Assembly: GCA_029553955.1 (NCBI GenBank)
Contig: JAKPJZ010000034.1
Coordinates: 30,692-94,691 of the forward strand
Source of the DNA: Chloroflexota bacterium
Lineage (GTDB): Bacteria > Chloroflexota > Anaerolineae > SpSt-313
Reading direction: 5' to 3'
DNA length: 64,000 bases
Shown here one piece after another: positions 35,463 to 45,055 of this stretch. Made by a program: the position numbers and the translations under genes. Each line of letters starts with the position of its first letter. The stretch's first letter is position 1. The notes under the pieces are model-generated. The model did not search any database. It saw nothing but the letters and a program-made list of their open reading frames with translations, and was not told the DNA's origin.

Positions 35463-36356
35463 ATGGGCCTGGAGGCCTTGAGCTCGATGACCTCGTACAC
35501 AATCGTCGACACCTTCCCCGCCTTCCTTGCCTGGTGGCAGGGCACACAGTCCCTGCCGCTCGCGGCGCAGGTGGCCTCGTGGGCGGCCGAGTACATGGCG
35601 CCCTGGCCCGAGCTCCTCGCCATGCAGCAGGCCGACTATGCGGCGCAGGGCTGCGATTGGCGCGAGGCGGCCGCGGCGCGCGTGTTCCCTCACCTGGCGG
35701 AGCGCCTGCCGGTGATGCGGGCAGCCCATGCGCAGCTCGCGGCGGTGGCCGCGCCGGCCTGCCGGGCGACGATGGACGCACTGGGCTGGCCGGCCGAGGT
35801 GACTCTGGTGTTCTATGTGGGCATCGGCTGCGGGGCGGGCTGGGCCACCAGGTACGAGGGTCGGCCGGCGGTGCTCCTGGGCCTGGAGAGCATCGCCGAG
35901 TGTAGCTGGAGCGCGCCCGAGACGCTGCGTGGCCTGGTGGCGCACGAGGTTGGCCACCTGCCGCACGCCGATTGGCGCGCTGCGGCGGGCCTGGCGGTGG
36001 GCAGCGGGCCCTTCTGGCAGCTCTACGAGGAGGGCTTTGCCCAGCGCGCCGAGCACCTGGCGTTGGGCCGCGAGAGCTGGCACATGGCCAACGGCGATTG
36101 GCTCGCCTGGTGTCGCGAGCGGCGCGCCTGGTTGGCCGCCGAGTTCCTGCGCCGCGCCGAGGCGGGCGAGGGCGGGCGCGAGTTCTTTGGCTCCTGGTAC
36201 TCCATCGAGGGCCACAGCCAGTGCGGCTACTACCTGGGCCACGAGGTGGTGCAGGCGCTGCAGGCCCAAATGAGCCTGCGCGAGATTGCCGTGCTGGCCG
36301 ATTGGGAGGCGGGCACAAGGCGAGCACTCGCGGGCCTTGCCGGAACTGCTGGCTAG
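35463..36356 (+). CDS. Putative Zn-dependent protease (HExxH; DUF2268-like)
   Basis: ATG 35463 lies within track ORF 35244..36356. The motif is LVAHEVGHLPHADW. Confidence 0.6.
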   Translation: MGLEALSSMTSYTIVDTFPAFLAWWQGTQSLPLAAQVASWAAEYMAPWPELLAMQQADYAAQGCDWREAAAARVFPHLAERLPVMRAAHAQLAAVAAPACRATMDALGWPAEVTLVFYVGIGCGAGWATRYEGRPAVLLGLESIAECSWSAPETLRGLVAHEVGHLPHADWRAAAGLAVGSGPFWQLYEEGFAQRAEHLALGRESWHMANGDWLAWCRERRAWLAAEFLRRAEAGEGGREFFGSWYSIEGHSQCGYYLGHEVVQALQAQMSLREIAVLADWEAGTRRALAGLAGTAG

Positions 36357-36436
36357 CACGACAACCCTACTTGTTGCGCCAGGCGGAGGAACGTCCGGGC
36401 CTCGAGCTTCGCAGAGTACCGGAGCTGAACCGTAAA

Positions 36437-36619
36437 GGGCTTTCTGGCGGGTAGGTGCAGCCGCGAGGCCGCCCGCGGGCGGCCTCGCGGCTGCACCTAC
36501 CCGCCAGAAAGCCCTCCTGGGCTGGGGCCGGGTTAGCGCGGAGCGAGTAGGCCGGCCACCACCCGGATAGCCGGTTGCCGTTGGGCTGCTGCTGCGTCAA
36601 GTACGGTCGTAGTATCAGG
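36437..36619. repeat. Composite intergenic element (palindrome 36437-36514, tail, and CAAGTACGGTCGTAGTATCAGG at 36598-36619)
   Basis: Apex GGCCGCCCGCGGGCGGCC. The end motif overlaps the stop codon of the 36615 CDS. Confidence 0.85.
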
Positions 36620-37811
36620 GCCAGTTGGGCTGCGCCGGCTGGCTGTAGGGCCCGGCGCGCAGCTCGTCCCAATAGCCCTGCTCTTCGAGGCCGCGGTACG
36701 AGAACAGCCCCTGCCCTTGGGCGCCCAGGCTGCGAGCGATGGCGATGCGCTGCGCGATGGGGCCAAAGGTGGCATAGTCGCTGCCGATGCCCAGCAAGAC
36801 CGCGCCCGGCCGCGAGCCGGTCACGTAATCCTGCGCCAGGGTCTGGAAGCGGTCGGGAAAGTCGTGCACGGTGGGGCTGTAGATCATGGGCGTGATCGCC
36901 GCGACGAGGCCCGACTTGGCCCAGCCCTGCGAATCCTGAAAGTAGGCATCGTAGCCGCCGCGGCCGGAGAACCAGCCCCAGCGGTCGATGTACGCCGGCC
37001 AGGCGGTCGCCGTCAGGCGGGCGCCCGGGCGGGCGGGCAGCGCCTCCTGGCCCAGTCGCTGCACCAGGCCGGTCACCTGGTCGCGCTGCCATTGGTCGTG
37101 GCTGAGCGACGAGTTCTGAGCTACGGCCTGAGCATACGTGCTGTTGCTCAGCGGGTCATACGAGTACTCGGGGCCGGCGTAGCGGATATAGTCGAGGTGC
37201 AGGCCGTCGACCGGGTAGCGCGCCAGCACGTCCTTGCATACAGCCACGACGCGGTCGACCACCGCCGGGTGCGCCGGGTTGGCCGAGAGATAGTTGTCGG
37301 CGCTCAGTTGCTGCGGGCCGCTGCGCGTCCACTGGAGCCACTCCTGGCCGTAGCGTTGGTTGAACTCGAGGTACATATGTGTGGGCATGGCCGAGGCTGG
37401 GGGTGGCGTGGTGCCCAGCCAGGCGGGGTAGACGTTGACCCAGGCGTGCACCTCGAGGCCACGTGCGTGGGCCAGCTCGAGCATCATGGCCAGGGGGTCG
37501 TAGCCGGGGTCTTTGCCGAGGGTGCCGCTCAGCGCGGCCGACCAGGGCTCGAGCCCCGGCGTGTAGAGGGCGTCGGCCTGGGCACGCACCTGGAAAAAGA
37601 TGACGTTGAGGTTGGCCGAGGCGGCGCGGTCGACGATGGTGCGCAGGTCGTCTCGCGTCTTGAAATCGAAGCGGCTCACCCAGACGGCGCGCGTCTCGCG
37701 CGTGGGGGCGGCCGGCGGCGGCGTCTGCGCCTGAGTGGGCAGCGCTGCGAGGATGAGCGCGGCCAGGAGCGCCGCACACAGTCCGACGAGTCGGTTCTTG
37801 CTCATTTTCAC
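36615..37811 (-). CDS. Secreted glycoside-hydrolase-like protein (GHL10/DUF187 type)
   Basis: Signal peptide MKMSKNRLVGLCAALLAALILAALPTQA, followed by RAVWVSRFDF...NVIFFQVRAQADALY...EVHAWVNVY. Confidence 0.7.
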   Translation of the reverse strand: MKMSKNRLVGLCAALLAALILAALPTQAQTPPPAAPTRETRAVWVSRFDFKTRDDLRTIVDRAASANLNVIFFQVRAQADALYTPGLEPWSAALSGTLGKDPGYDPLAMMLELAHARGLEVHAWVNVYPAWLGTTPPPASAMPTHMYLEFNQRYGQEWLQWTRSGPQQLSADNYLSANPAHPAVVDRVVAVCKDVLARYPVDGLHLDYIRYAGPEYSYDPLSNSTYAQAVAQNSSLSHDQWQRDQVTGLVQRLGQEALPARPGARLTATAWPAYIDRWGWFSGRGGYDAYFQDSQGWAKSGLVAAITPMIYSPTVHDFPDRFQTLAQDYVTGSRPGAVLLGIGSDYATFGPIAQRIAIARSLGAQGQGLFSYRGLEEQGYWDELRAGPYSQPAQPNWP

Positions 37812-37846
37812 ATCCAGTGCCAGGGTTGGCGGCCTATGACCGCCCT

Positions 37847-38095
37847 GGAGATCGCTTCGCTGCGGCTGCTCAGTAACTTGGTCCTGTCATTGCGAGCGTA
37901 GCGAAGCAATCTCCACGTCGGGCATTGGAGTTGCCTCGCTTCGCTCGCAACCTGGGGCTGCTGCGCTGCGCTTGCAGCTATGAGATTGCTTCGTCGGCGG
38001 CTGCGGCCGCCTCCTCGCAATGACAGGCCAGGGTTCTGTGCTGGGCCCAGGGTTCCGCTAACCCTGGGATACTCGCAATGGCAGCCGCAACACTT
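37847..38095. repeat. GTCATTGCGAG / GCAATC-type nested palindromic repeat cluster
   Basis: GTCATTGCGAGCGTAGCGAAGCAATCTCCACGTCGGGCATTGGAGTTGCCTCGCTTCGCTCGCAA ... GATTGCTTCGTCGGCGGCTGCGGCCGCCTCCTCGCAATGACAG. Confidence 0.8.
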
Positions 38096-38168
38096 GCCTC
38101 GCGCAGGGTGCAGCAAGCCCCATGCCACAGATGGCCTGGAGAATGTCTGTCGCGAGAATGCTTGTAGT

Positions 38169-38248
38169 GAGGGAGGAGGTGACGGGGGCGTGGCGCAGGC
38201 GGCTGCCACGGCAGCCGCCTGCGCCACGCCCCCGTCACCTCCTCCCTC
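38169..38248. repeat. Perfect palindrome (GAGGGAGGAGGTGACGGGGGCGTGGCGCAGGCGGCTGCC-ac-complement)
   Basis: Direct reading. Confidence 0.9.
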
Positions 38249-38264
38249 ACGACGAACGAGGCTG

Positions 38265-39224
38265 CTAGCGCACCAGCTCGGGCATGGCCTGGGCGGCGGC
38301 GAGCCGCTCGGGGGCGATGTGGAAGGTGTGGGTCTCGCCGTGGGCCAGGTAGCGCACCCGGTCCTCCAGCCCCGCCGCCTCGACGCGGCGCTTGAACTCG
38401 TCGAGCGGCGATTTGAAGACGGTATAGTCGTTGTAGTGGATGGGGATGGCCAACCGCGGGTTGACGAGGCGCATGGCCTCGGCGCCCTGCCGCCCGTCCA
38501 TGGTGACCATGATGCCCAGGATGCGGGTGCCGCCCAGGTGCAGGAGCGCCAGGTCGATGTTGGGGAAGCGGCGCGGGATCTCTTGCAGCGCGGTGATGGC
38601 CAGGGTGTCGCCGGTGATGTAGAGCGTCACCAGCGGCCCGCCCGCGCCGGTGGCGAACTGCAGGACGCTGCCCATCACCGGCGGCAGCAGCGAGGCGACG
38701 CCGAGCGGCCCGTGCTGCCCCGGCGTGGCGGCGATCTGCAGGCGGGCGCCGCCACGCGCAAAGCCGACGGCCGACCAGGTGTGCAGCGGGATGGGCACGG
38801 CAAAGCCGCGGCGGCGCAGCGCCTGCTCGGCGTGGGGCGTGGTCACGATGGGCTGCAGCTTGTCGAGCTCGCGCTCGGCCACATAGTCAAAGTGGTCGCC
38901 GTGATAGTGCGAGAGCACGAGCAGATCGAGCGGCGGCAGGTCGCGGATTTCCAGGGCCGGGTCGGTGAGTCGTGTGGAGCGTAGGCCGTAGCCGAGGCGG
39001 GCCTGCTGGTGACGGTGCAAAAAGTTGGGGTCGGTGAGGATGGTGAAGCCGGCGTAGCGGATCAGGACGGTGGCCGTCCCGACAAAAAAGACCGAACCCT
39101 GCGCCAGGTCGGGGGCGGCGCCGCGCCCTGACGGCAGCGTGAACTCGGTGGCAACCTTCATGGCCTCAAGCCTCCATGCGAGCGTGAGGCCCGTATTGTA
39201 GGGCACGCGCCGCGGCGGCGTCAA
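38265..39224 (-). CDS. MBL-fold metallo-hydrolase
   Basis: LVLSHYHGDHFD is an HxHxDH-type motif. 319 aa. Confidence 0.75.
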   Translation of the reverse strand: MTPPRRVPYNTGLTLAWRLEAMKVATEFTLPSGRGAAPDLAQGSVFFVGTATVLIRYAGFTILTDPNFLHRHQQARLGYGLRSTRLTDPALEIRDLPPLDLLVLSHYHGDHFDYVAERELDKLQPIVTTPHAEQALRRRGFAVPIPLHTWSAVGFARGGARLQIAATPGQHGPLGVASLLPPVMGSVLQFATGAGGPLVTLYITGDTLAITALQEIPRRFPNIDLALLHLGGTRILGIMVTMDGRQGAEAMRLVNPRLAIPIHYNDYTVFKSPLDEFKRRVEAAGLEDRVRYLAHGETHTFHIAPERLAAAQAMPELVR

Positions 39225-39411
39225 GCCTTATGCAGAGCGCCCGGCCCCGCCTCCCTGTTGCGCCGGCATGAGCGGGCCGGCAGGCTGTAGGCGGGTGCTC
39301 GCTGAGAGTCTGGCATGGCCCGCAGGCCATGTGAACTGCCATGACGCCCGCAGACGTCATGAGCAGCGCTGCCGACACTACGCCCGTTCGCTACTACAAC
39401 CTGCTGGATGC

Positions 39412-40758
39412 CTAATCGCGTAGCTCAGCGACCAACTTGGCATGGCTTTCGCGCGTGATGGGGTATTTGATCAGCAGCGGCATCGTCAGCACAAACATCA
39501 GCACCGGCACCAGGCAGAAGAGGATGCGAATGCCCAAGAGAGTAAAGTCGGATTGGGCGACATTGGGCACATAGCCAAAGCCGGCCAACGTCCAACCTAC
39601 TGCGGCAATGGCAAGAGCATTGGCGAACTTGGTAATGAAATTCCACATGCCGTAATAGATGCCTTCGCGGCGTTCGCCGGTGGCGGCTTCATCAATCTCG
39701 ATCACATCAGGCACCATACTCCAGGGGCATACCCATTGTGCGGAAAGCCCCATGCCCGCGACGATGGCAGCAACGTACACATATGGTGTAGGGCCCTTGG
39801 GAACGAAGAATAATGTCAGAATTGCCACAGCAGCCACTGCAAGGCCTAGCGCATACGCTTTGCCCTTCCCGATGCGGTCTGCGATCATCTTCATCGGGTA
39901 AAGGAATACTCCAATCGTCAGCAAAAGTGCCAGCATGATGAAGGCCATCTGCTCTTCCATGTTGACCTGGTACTTGAGGTAATATGGCAACAGGGTCGTC
40001 AGGAGCGTAAAGCTGACATTGGCAATGAGGAATGCGGCAACCAGTTGGACAAAGGGTTTGTTCTTGAATGTCTGAACGAACGCTTTGATCGCCGGCATTT
40101 TGGAAGGCTGCACTTCCGAAACAGGCTTTTCTTTCACGCTGAAAGCAGTGATCAGGACGACTGCTGCTGCGTAAACGCCAAATGTCAGCCCCATGGCACT
40201 GTAGCTGGCCTGGGGCGACAGCCCGAGGTTCTTGGCATAAGCATCAGCGACGGTTACTGTCAATGCGGCACCAAGGATATAACCGACTACAGTGAATATC
40301 TCTCGTACAGTGGTCAGATTGGTACGTTCATCGTAGTCATAGGTCAGTTCAGGTGTCATCGCCGTATAGGCTACCGCGACGAACGTGTGGATGGTGTCGA
40401 ACAGAAGGAACGTGAATAGGACAACAAAAAAGGCAACGAAACCTGACATCCTGGCTGGGATGGAGAACAGCAGCCAAGTGGACAATGCCAGGGGGATGGC
40501 CAAGAAGAGCAGATATGGCCTGCGGCGACCCCAGCGCGACCTGGTGCGATCCGAGACATAGCCGAATACTACATCGTTGAAGGCATCCCAGGTGAATTTG
40601 CCTACCATAAGTGCAGTCCCTACTAATCCGGCATCCAAGAGCGCGATATCGGTATAGTAGAAAAGCAAGAAGAACTGGACTATGGAGGTGAGCATGGCAA
40701 TGCCAGAATCTGCGATGCCATAGAGAACCTTGATGCGATGCGGTATTCTGGCTGTCAT
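39412..40758 (-). CDS. GPH-family (MelB-like glycoside/pentoside/hexuronide) cation symporter
   Basis: ATG 40758 follows AAGGAAG (MTARIPHRIKVLYGIADSGIAM...). GYVSDRTRSRWGRRRPYLL is the GPH signature loop. Lies in the low-GC block. Confidence 0.8.
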   Translation of the reverse strand: MTARIPHRIKVLYGIADSGIAMLTSIVQFFLLFYYTDIALLDAGLVGTALMVGKFTWDAFNDVVFGYVSDRTRSRWGRRRPYLLFLAIPLALSTWLLFSIPARMSGFVAFFVVLFTFLLFDTIHTFVAVAYTAMTPELTYDYDERTNLTTVREIFTVVGYILGAALTVTVADAYAKNLGLSPQASYSAMGLTFGVYAAAVVLITAFSVKEKPVSEVQPSKMPAIKAFVQTFKNKPFVQLVAAFLIANVSFTLLTTLLPYYLKYQVNMEEQMAFIMLALLLTIGVFLYPMKMIADRIGKGKAYALGLAVAAVAILTLFFVPKGPTPYVYVAAIVAGMGLSAQWVCPWSMVPDVIEIDEAATGERREGIYYGMWNFITKFANALAIAAVGWTLAGFGYVPNVAQSDFTLLGIRILFCLVPVLMFVLTMPLLIKYPITRESHAKLVAELRD

Positions 40759-40917
40759 TGTGCTTCCTTTGCCTGGTCTGATCTCGCAATAGGGCTCCGG
40801 CTCACCGCAGAGACCGCGGAGGGCGCAGAGGAAGCTGAACAACCTCTGCACGCTCTGGGGTGAAAGCCAGACGGTGGACGTGAGCACACCGCTCGCAGGC
40901 GGTTCTGTCAGGCGCTC

Positions 40918-42648
40918 CTATTGAGGCTGCTGTCTGCCGCCATAGTGCTGTTTCGCCAACAAGAGGAACTCGTCGGCGCGGACAACCTTGACTCGCGCCG
41001 GGTCAAGCGTCTGAACAAAGTTGTAGACATCGGCGATCGTTGTGCGATAGGCGAAGAGATGCACTCCGATGAACCTCGGCGTTTGCGATGGGGCATCGAG
41101 CAACGCCTTGACCCCTGCCAGCACCTCTTCGCTGGTATCACGCACCTGCGAAAGGTGGGGCCAGGCATTGCACAAGAACACCTTGCCATAGCCACATCTG
41201 ACCGGTCTTGCCTTCACGAAAAAGTACCCGGAAAGGAAACCGAGGATATTCGATGGGGCCTGGAGGTGTTGCCTTATCACCTTGTCTGGCGGATCGGGAT
41301 AGTACGAAGTGATGACATTGATATCGGCCTTGGCGCAGGCCTGTGCTGAACGAAGCAGGTAATCGGGCAGATCATCATGCAATGGTGGGATGATATACCC
41401 CGCTCCGGATGGCCCAGCGACAAGGCAATCGTTGGGGGTCAGGCTGCTGTAGTAGAGACCCAACAGGGCAGGTGCGAGCTCGGCCAAAAGGGGCTGCATC
41501 TCCCAGTTGAAAGGCACCAGGCCGCGTTCAGGTCTGCGCCACCCTCCCACCTGTGCCGTATTCATCAGCATCAACTGATCGCCATCTGAATAGGTGAAGG
41601 TGAGGTAGGTCTTTTCCGGCTCGAGAACGACAGCGGATTCATGAATATGGAACTGCTTCAGGGGCACTGAAGCGGGCAAGGCGCTGTGAAACGAGAAGTT
41701 GGCGGCCAGATGCGCCGGCGCCAGGCGCAACCCATTGGCACTGAGCAGCACCATGAAGGAGAACTCGTCATCACGGTTGGTGTGCCAGCCAAAGATGACT
41801 GCCCCTGGTTGCTGGGCGACTCTTTTCTGAATGGCTATGGTCAGACCGACTTCGGGATCGGCCGACATTCTCTCGACGGCGAGCTGCTTCAACCTGCGGA
41901 ACAGGCCGGTGCCATAGATGATATTCCTCAGCCAGGAGGGGCCGCCCAGGCAGAGCAGCAAGAGCTTCCAGCCGCTGTTGAAGGCCTGGCCACTGCCCTT
42001 GCTGGAGAGGCCACAAGTGAATATTCTCTCCTTGACCACATAATCGATGAACTCGGGGCGGTGCCAGCCTGGCTCGATGCTGGCCACCTTGCCCGGTGTG
42101 CATCGAGAGAACAGATTCTCCAGTGCCCATGAATACAGTGCGATACGGTCTTGCCAGCGGCCGCGCAGATCTTGCTGAATGGGCAGCCCAAATCGCTCCG
42201 CCCAATCCACGTGATCGGGGCTGATAGGGAGCAGGCTCTCCAGGCTGCAGATCATGATAGCGACGTTGATGCTGTCTGGCTGCTCAGGGTCCCAAACAAC
42301 AAAGCCTTTGATGATAGGTAGGAAATGCGCAATGGCTTCTGCCAGACTGTCTACCCGCTGCGGCTGCAGCGGGTAGATCTTGGCGTAGGCATCCAGATTG
42401 TGCTGGTCCTGCTGGCCCAGAGCATCCCTGAATTTCTCTCTCCACAGCTCTTCGGAGATGAAATCCTCATTGGTCTTTCGAGACGCGGGGTCATCATAGA
42501 TGCCATAATCAAGAAACATGGCGGGCTGGGTGCGGTTTGCCAGCCCTTGCAGGCTGGCGGCCGTCACCTGGTCGTCATATCGCATCTCACCGACGGCGAG
42601 AACGATGATGGGGTATGTGCCGGTCATGGCCATGTCTAGTACCCCCAC
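40918..42648 (-). CDS. GxGYxYP-family putative glycoside hydrolase
   Basis: 576 aa with VAGPSGAGYIIPP, which fits the GxGYxYP motif. The start may be 42633. Overlaps the upstream gene's stop. Confidence 0.6.
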   Translation of the reverse strand: MGVLDMAMTGTYPIIVLAVGEMRYDDQVTAASLQGLANRTQPAMFLDYGIYDDPASRKTNEDFISEELWREKFRDALGQQDQHNLDAYAKIYPLQPQRVDSLAEAIAHFLPIIKGFVVWDPEQPDSINVAIMICSLESLLPISPDHVDWAERFGLPIQQDLRGRWQDRIALYSWALENLFSRCTPGKVASIEPGWHRPEFIDYVVKERIFTCGLSSKGSGQAFNSGWKLLLLCLGGPSWLRNIIYGTGLFRRLKQLAVERMSADPEVGLTIAIQKRVAQQPGAVIFGWHTNRDDEFSFMVLLSANGLRLAPAHLAANFSFHSALPASVPLKQFHIHESAVVLEPEKTYLTFTYSDGDQLMLMNTAQVGGWRRPERGLVPFNWEMQPLLAELAPALLGLYYSSLTPNDCLVAGPSGAGYIIPPLHDDLPDYLLRSAQACAKADINVITSYYPDPPDKVIRQHLQAPSNILGFLSGYFFVKARPVRCGYGKVFLCNAWPHLSQVRDTSEEVLAGVKALLDAPSQTPRFIGVHLFAYRTTIADVYNFVQTLDPARVKVVRADEFLLLAKQHYGGRQQPQ

Positions 42649-43967
42649 AAGCTGTGCGTCACTGTGCTCCAGGCAGGCAACCCTTCTGGCGTGTCAGGGT
42701 AGGCCAGATAATGCGCTTTGAGCCGGCGAGAAAGCCCGTATAGCGTGTCCATCAACTGAAGGCTGTTCGAGGAGAATGCGCCTTCCTGTACGCCCGCCCG
42801 CAATTGCCGGCAGATGGCTTCCCATCTTGCGGGTGGAAGGTTCAGCTCATAGTGCAGATTGAGGTACTCATAGTCTTCTTGGCAGAAGATGATCTTGTGC
42901 CGGTACAAGTAGTCCACTTCTTGCCTGGGCAGACCATTGACCGGGAACAAGAAGGCCATCACCCCAGCGAACTTGGCTCCCTGCCCGCGCAAGTAGCGCA
43001 CATTGTATTCCCAGAGCCCCTTGCGGCTGACATCGCCCTGCTCGAGGGCAGCCAGAATGACCTCTTGAGCAATGCTGCAGGCAGTGAACCCGCTGGTGAT
43101 ACCCTCGCCAGAGAAGGCTTTGTTCTGATAGACGCAATCACCCACGCCCGCAAAACCATCGCCCACATAGGAGGATGGAGCGCGACGATAGGGTGAGCAC
43201 CCTACCCGCCTGGCGACCAATCTGCCAGGATGGCCATACGTTGTCTCTCGCCATTGGGTCAACGCATTGCGGGCATTGTCGGCGCTGCCGGGAGCGATAA
43301 TGCCCAGGATGGCACCGTCTCCATAGGACTTGTTCCAGAATCCGGGCGCACCAAGGAACGAGTTGTTGTCAGTCGGAAAACCGGCAGGGATATCATCCCG
43401 CAATTCCAATGCGCAGAAGAAGGTCTGCTCTGGGGGAAGAGGGCAGTTTTCCACGCCAAAGCCATCCGGCAGACGCGTTCGTACAGCGCCGGCAGTCCCT
43501 GAGGCATCAACGGTGATCCTGGCACGTGCTTCAAAAGGCTCACCTGCGCACGTGCCGCGCACACCGCAGCAGAAGCCGTTATCGATGATCGCATCTTCCA
43601 CACGGGCATGGTCGATGATCCTGCCGCCCGCCTGGCGCACATAGCCGTGCAGCCGTTGTACAAAAGCGGGCATGTTGGCGACATAAAAGGGATAGCGCAC
43701 CTCGAAATGCTCGCTGCCATCGATGGACCACACTCTGTTGGCCGGCACCAGGTGCAAGCGCTCGGGAGGAAGCGGATGGGGGATAGCGAACTCGTCAAAG
43801 CGGACCTGGTCCAAATGGATGACCTCGATGTGCGCGCCTACCTTCTCTAGAGGCAGGGCTTCCAAGAGGAGCACATCGCAACCAGCCTGTGCCAGTTTCC
43901 AGCCCAGGTAGGAACCGGTTGGTCCTGCGCCCACAATAAGGACATCTGCAGTGCAAGTCTGGGCCAT
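42636..43967 (-). CDS. FAD-dependent oxidoreductase (geranylgeranyl-reductase-like fold)
   Basis: DVLIVGAGPTGSYLGWKLAQAGCDVLLLE is a GxGxxG-plus-acidic dinucleotide motif. Confidence 0.75.
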   Translation of the reverse strand: MAQTCTADVLIVGAGPTGSYLGWKLAQAGCDVLLLEALPLEKVGAHIEVIHLDQVRFDEFAIPHPLPPERLHLVPANRVWSIDGSEHFEVRYPFYVANMPAFVQRLHGYVRQAGGRIIDHARVEDAIIDNGFCCGVRGTCAGEPFEARARITVDASGTAGAVRTRLPDGFGVENCPLPPEQTFFCALELRDDIPAGFPTDNNSFLGAPGFWNKSYGDGAILGIIAPGSADNARNALTQWRETTYGHPGRLVARRVGCSPYRRAPSSYVGDGFAGVGDCVYQNKAFSGEGITSGFTACSIAQEVILAALEQGDVSRKGLWEYNVRYLRGQGAKFAGVMAFLFPVNGLPRQEVDYLYRHKIIFCQEDYEYLNLHYELNLPPARWEAICRQLRAGVQEGAFSSNSLQLMDTLYGLSRRLKAHYLAYPDTPEGLPAWSTVTHSLWGY

Positions 43968-44425
43968 CGGGCACCTCCAGTGTCATGCGTGGCATCTGGG
44001 CCCCTGTGGACAGAGCAGTGCACGATTCGTCTCTCGTCATGGTACCGGAAGAGGCGCCGCGAGTCCACGGCGTAGTCCTGATCTGGCCTCATGCCAGTCT
44101 CAGGTTGTACCTGCGGACCGCCACGGGCAGCGCTTCCACGTAGCTGCGTCCTCCAACGGCTGCGCACACGCGTCTCGTCCTGTTGCATCAGATGAAAGCG
44201 TCACCGGTGCGGGGTGTTGCCGTGCCAACGACCAGAGAGCTCTCCCTCCTGGCCAGAGCCGGGCGCAAGCGCAGCGGGTCAGCCGGCAGCCATCCGGACC
44301 ACCTGCGGCTGCCCGCATGAAGCACGATCAACCCGGGCATGCAGCGCCTCCCGTTCAGAGGCTTGGGGTGGCGGCGGGAAGGCTCGAAAGAGAGAGGCCG
44401 CTCTGAGTGTGCGGCCACAATGCAA

Positions 44426-44489
44426 AGCGGGAGACGGGGCTTGAACCCGCGACAGCCTGCTTGGAAGGCAGGAGCTCTACCACTGAGCT
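44426..44489 (-). other. 3' remnant of tRNA-Gly(UCC) (D-arm to discriminator, no 5' acceptor strand): attL-type junction
   Basis: 44448-44489 is identical over 42 nt to 51387-51428 inside the intact tRNA-Gly. The T-arm differs (GCGGGTTCAAGCCCCGT versus GCGAGTTCAAATCTCGT). The 5' side reads GTTTCGA, which is not complementary to CTCCCGC. Confidence 0.85.
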
Positions 44490-45055
44490 CGAAACCACAA
44501 GATGTAGTATGTTGCCTCAGTCTACACCACTACCAGTAGTGTTTTGGCTTTTGCAGCATAAGGCTGTCATACAGATGTTCTAGCGCCGCTGCTACTTCGC
44601 ACTACAGAACCGGCGCCTGACAACAGAAAACCCGCCCCAGGTTTGCTACCTAGAGCGGGTTGTGATAAACTGTCCTCCGCCTGGGTGGGCAATCACCTGG
44701 GCCGCGCCTCGGGGTGCTCGTAACACCGCCGGGGCTTTTCTATTGTCACCCCCATTGTACCACTCGGGCGCCGATGTTGCCAAGTCGGGGGGGGCTGTCT
44801 CCTCCGGGGAAAGGCATGTTTTGGCGGGTTTTCGCCCCCCTACCCCTATTTCGCGGTCGTCCGAGCAAGATTGCCCGAACGGTCTTCGTGACCGTCCGGC
44901 CCAGCGATTTTGACGCCCCTGCCGAGTTCGGCAAACCCGTACAGCAAAAAAACTAGGGCTGGCACCGGTAGCTAGTGAGGGCTGTGAAGATTGAAGGGGC
45001 CTATCCCCCCCCTGCCGCCCTACAGGCTGGGGCGGCTACACACCGCCCCTTGCCG

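Noticed and set aside
35217-36359. 380-aa and 335-aa minus-strand ORFs
   Set aside because: Antisense to the HExxH protein gene and strongly R/P/A-biased.
44000-44420. Possible small gene or ncRNA between the flavoprotein start and the tRNA remnant
   Set aside because: The only ORFs are overlapping and atypical. Part of the region is a tail-type repeat (CCTCCTGGCCAGAGCCGGGCGCAAGCGC...). It is more likely a promoter region plus a repeat.
44426-44489. Second functional tRNA-Gly gene
   Set aside because: Only the D-arm-to-3'-end portion is present. The sequence where the 5' acceptor strand should be (GTTTCGA) cannot pair with CTCCCGC.
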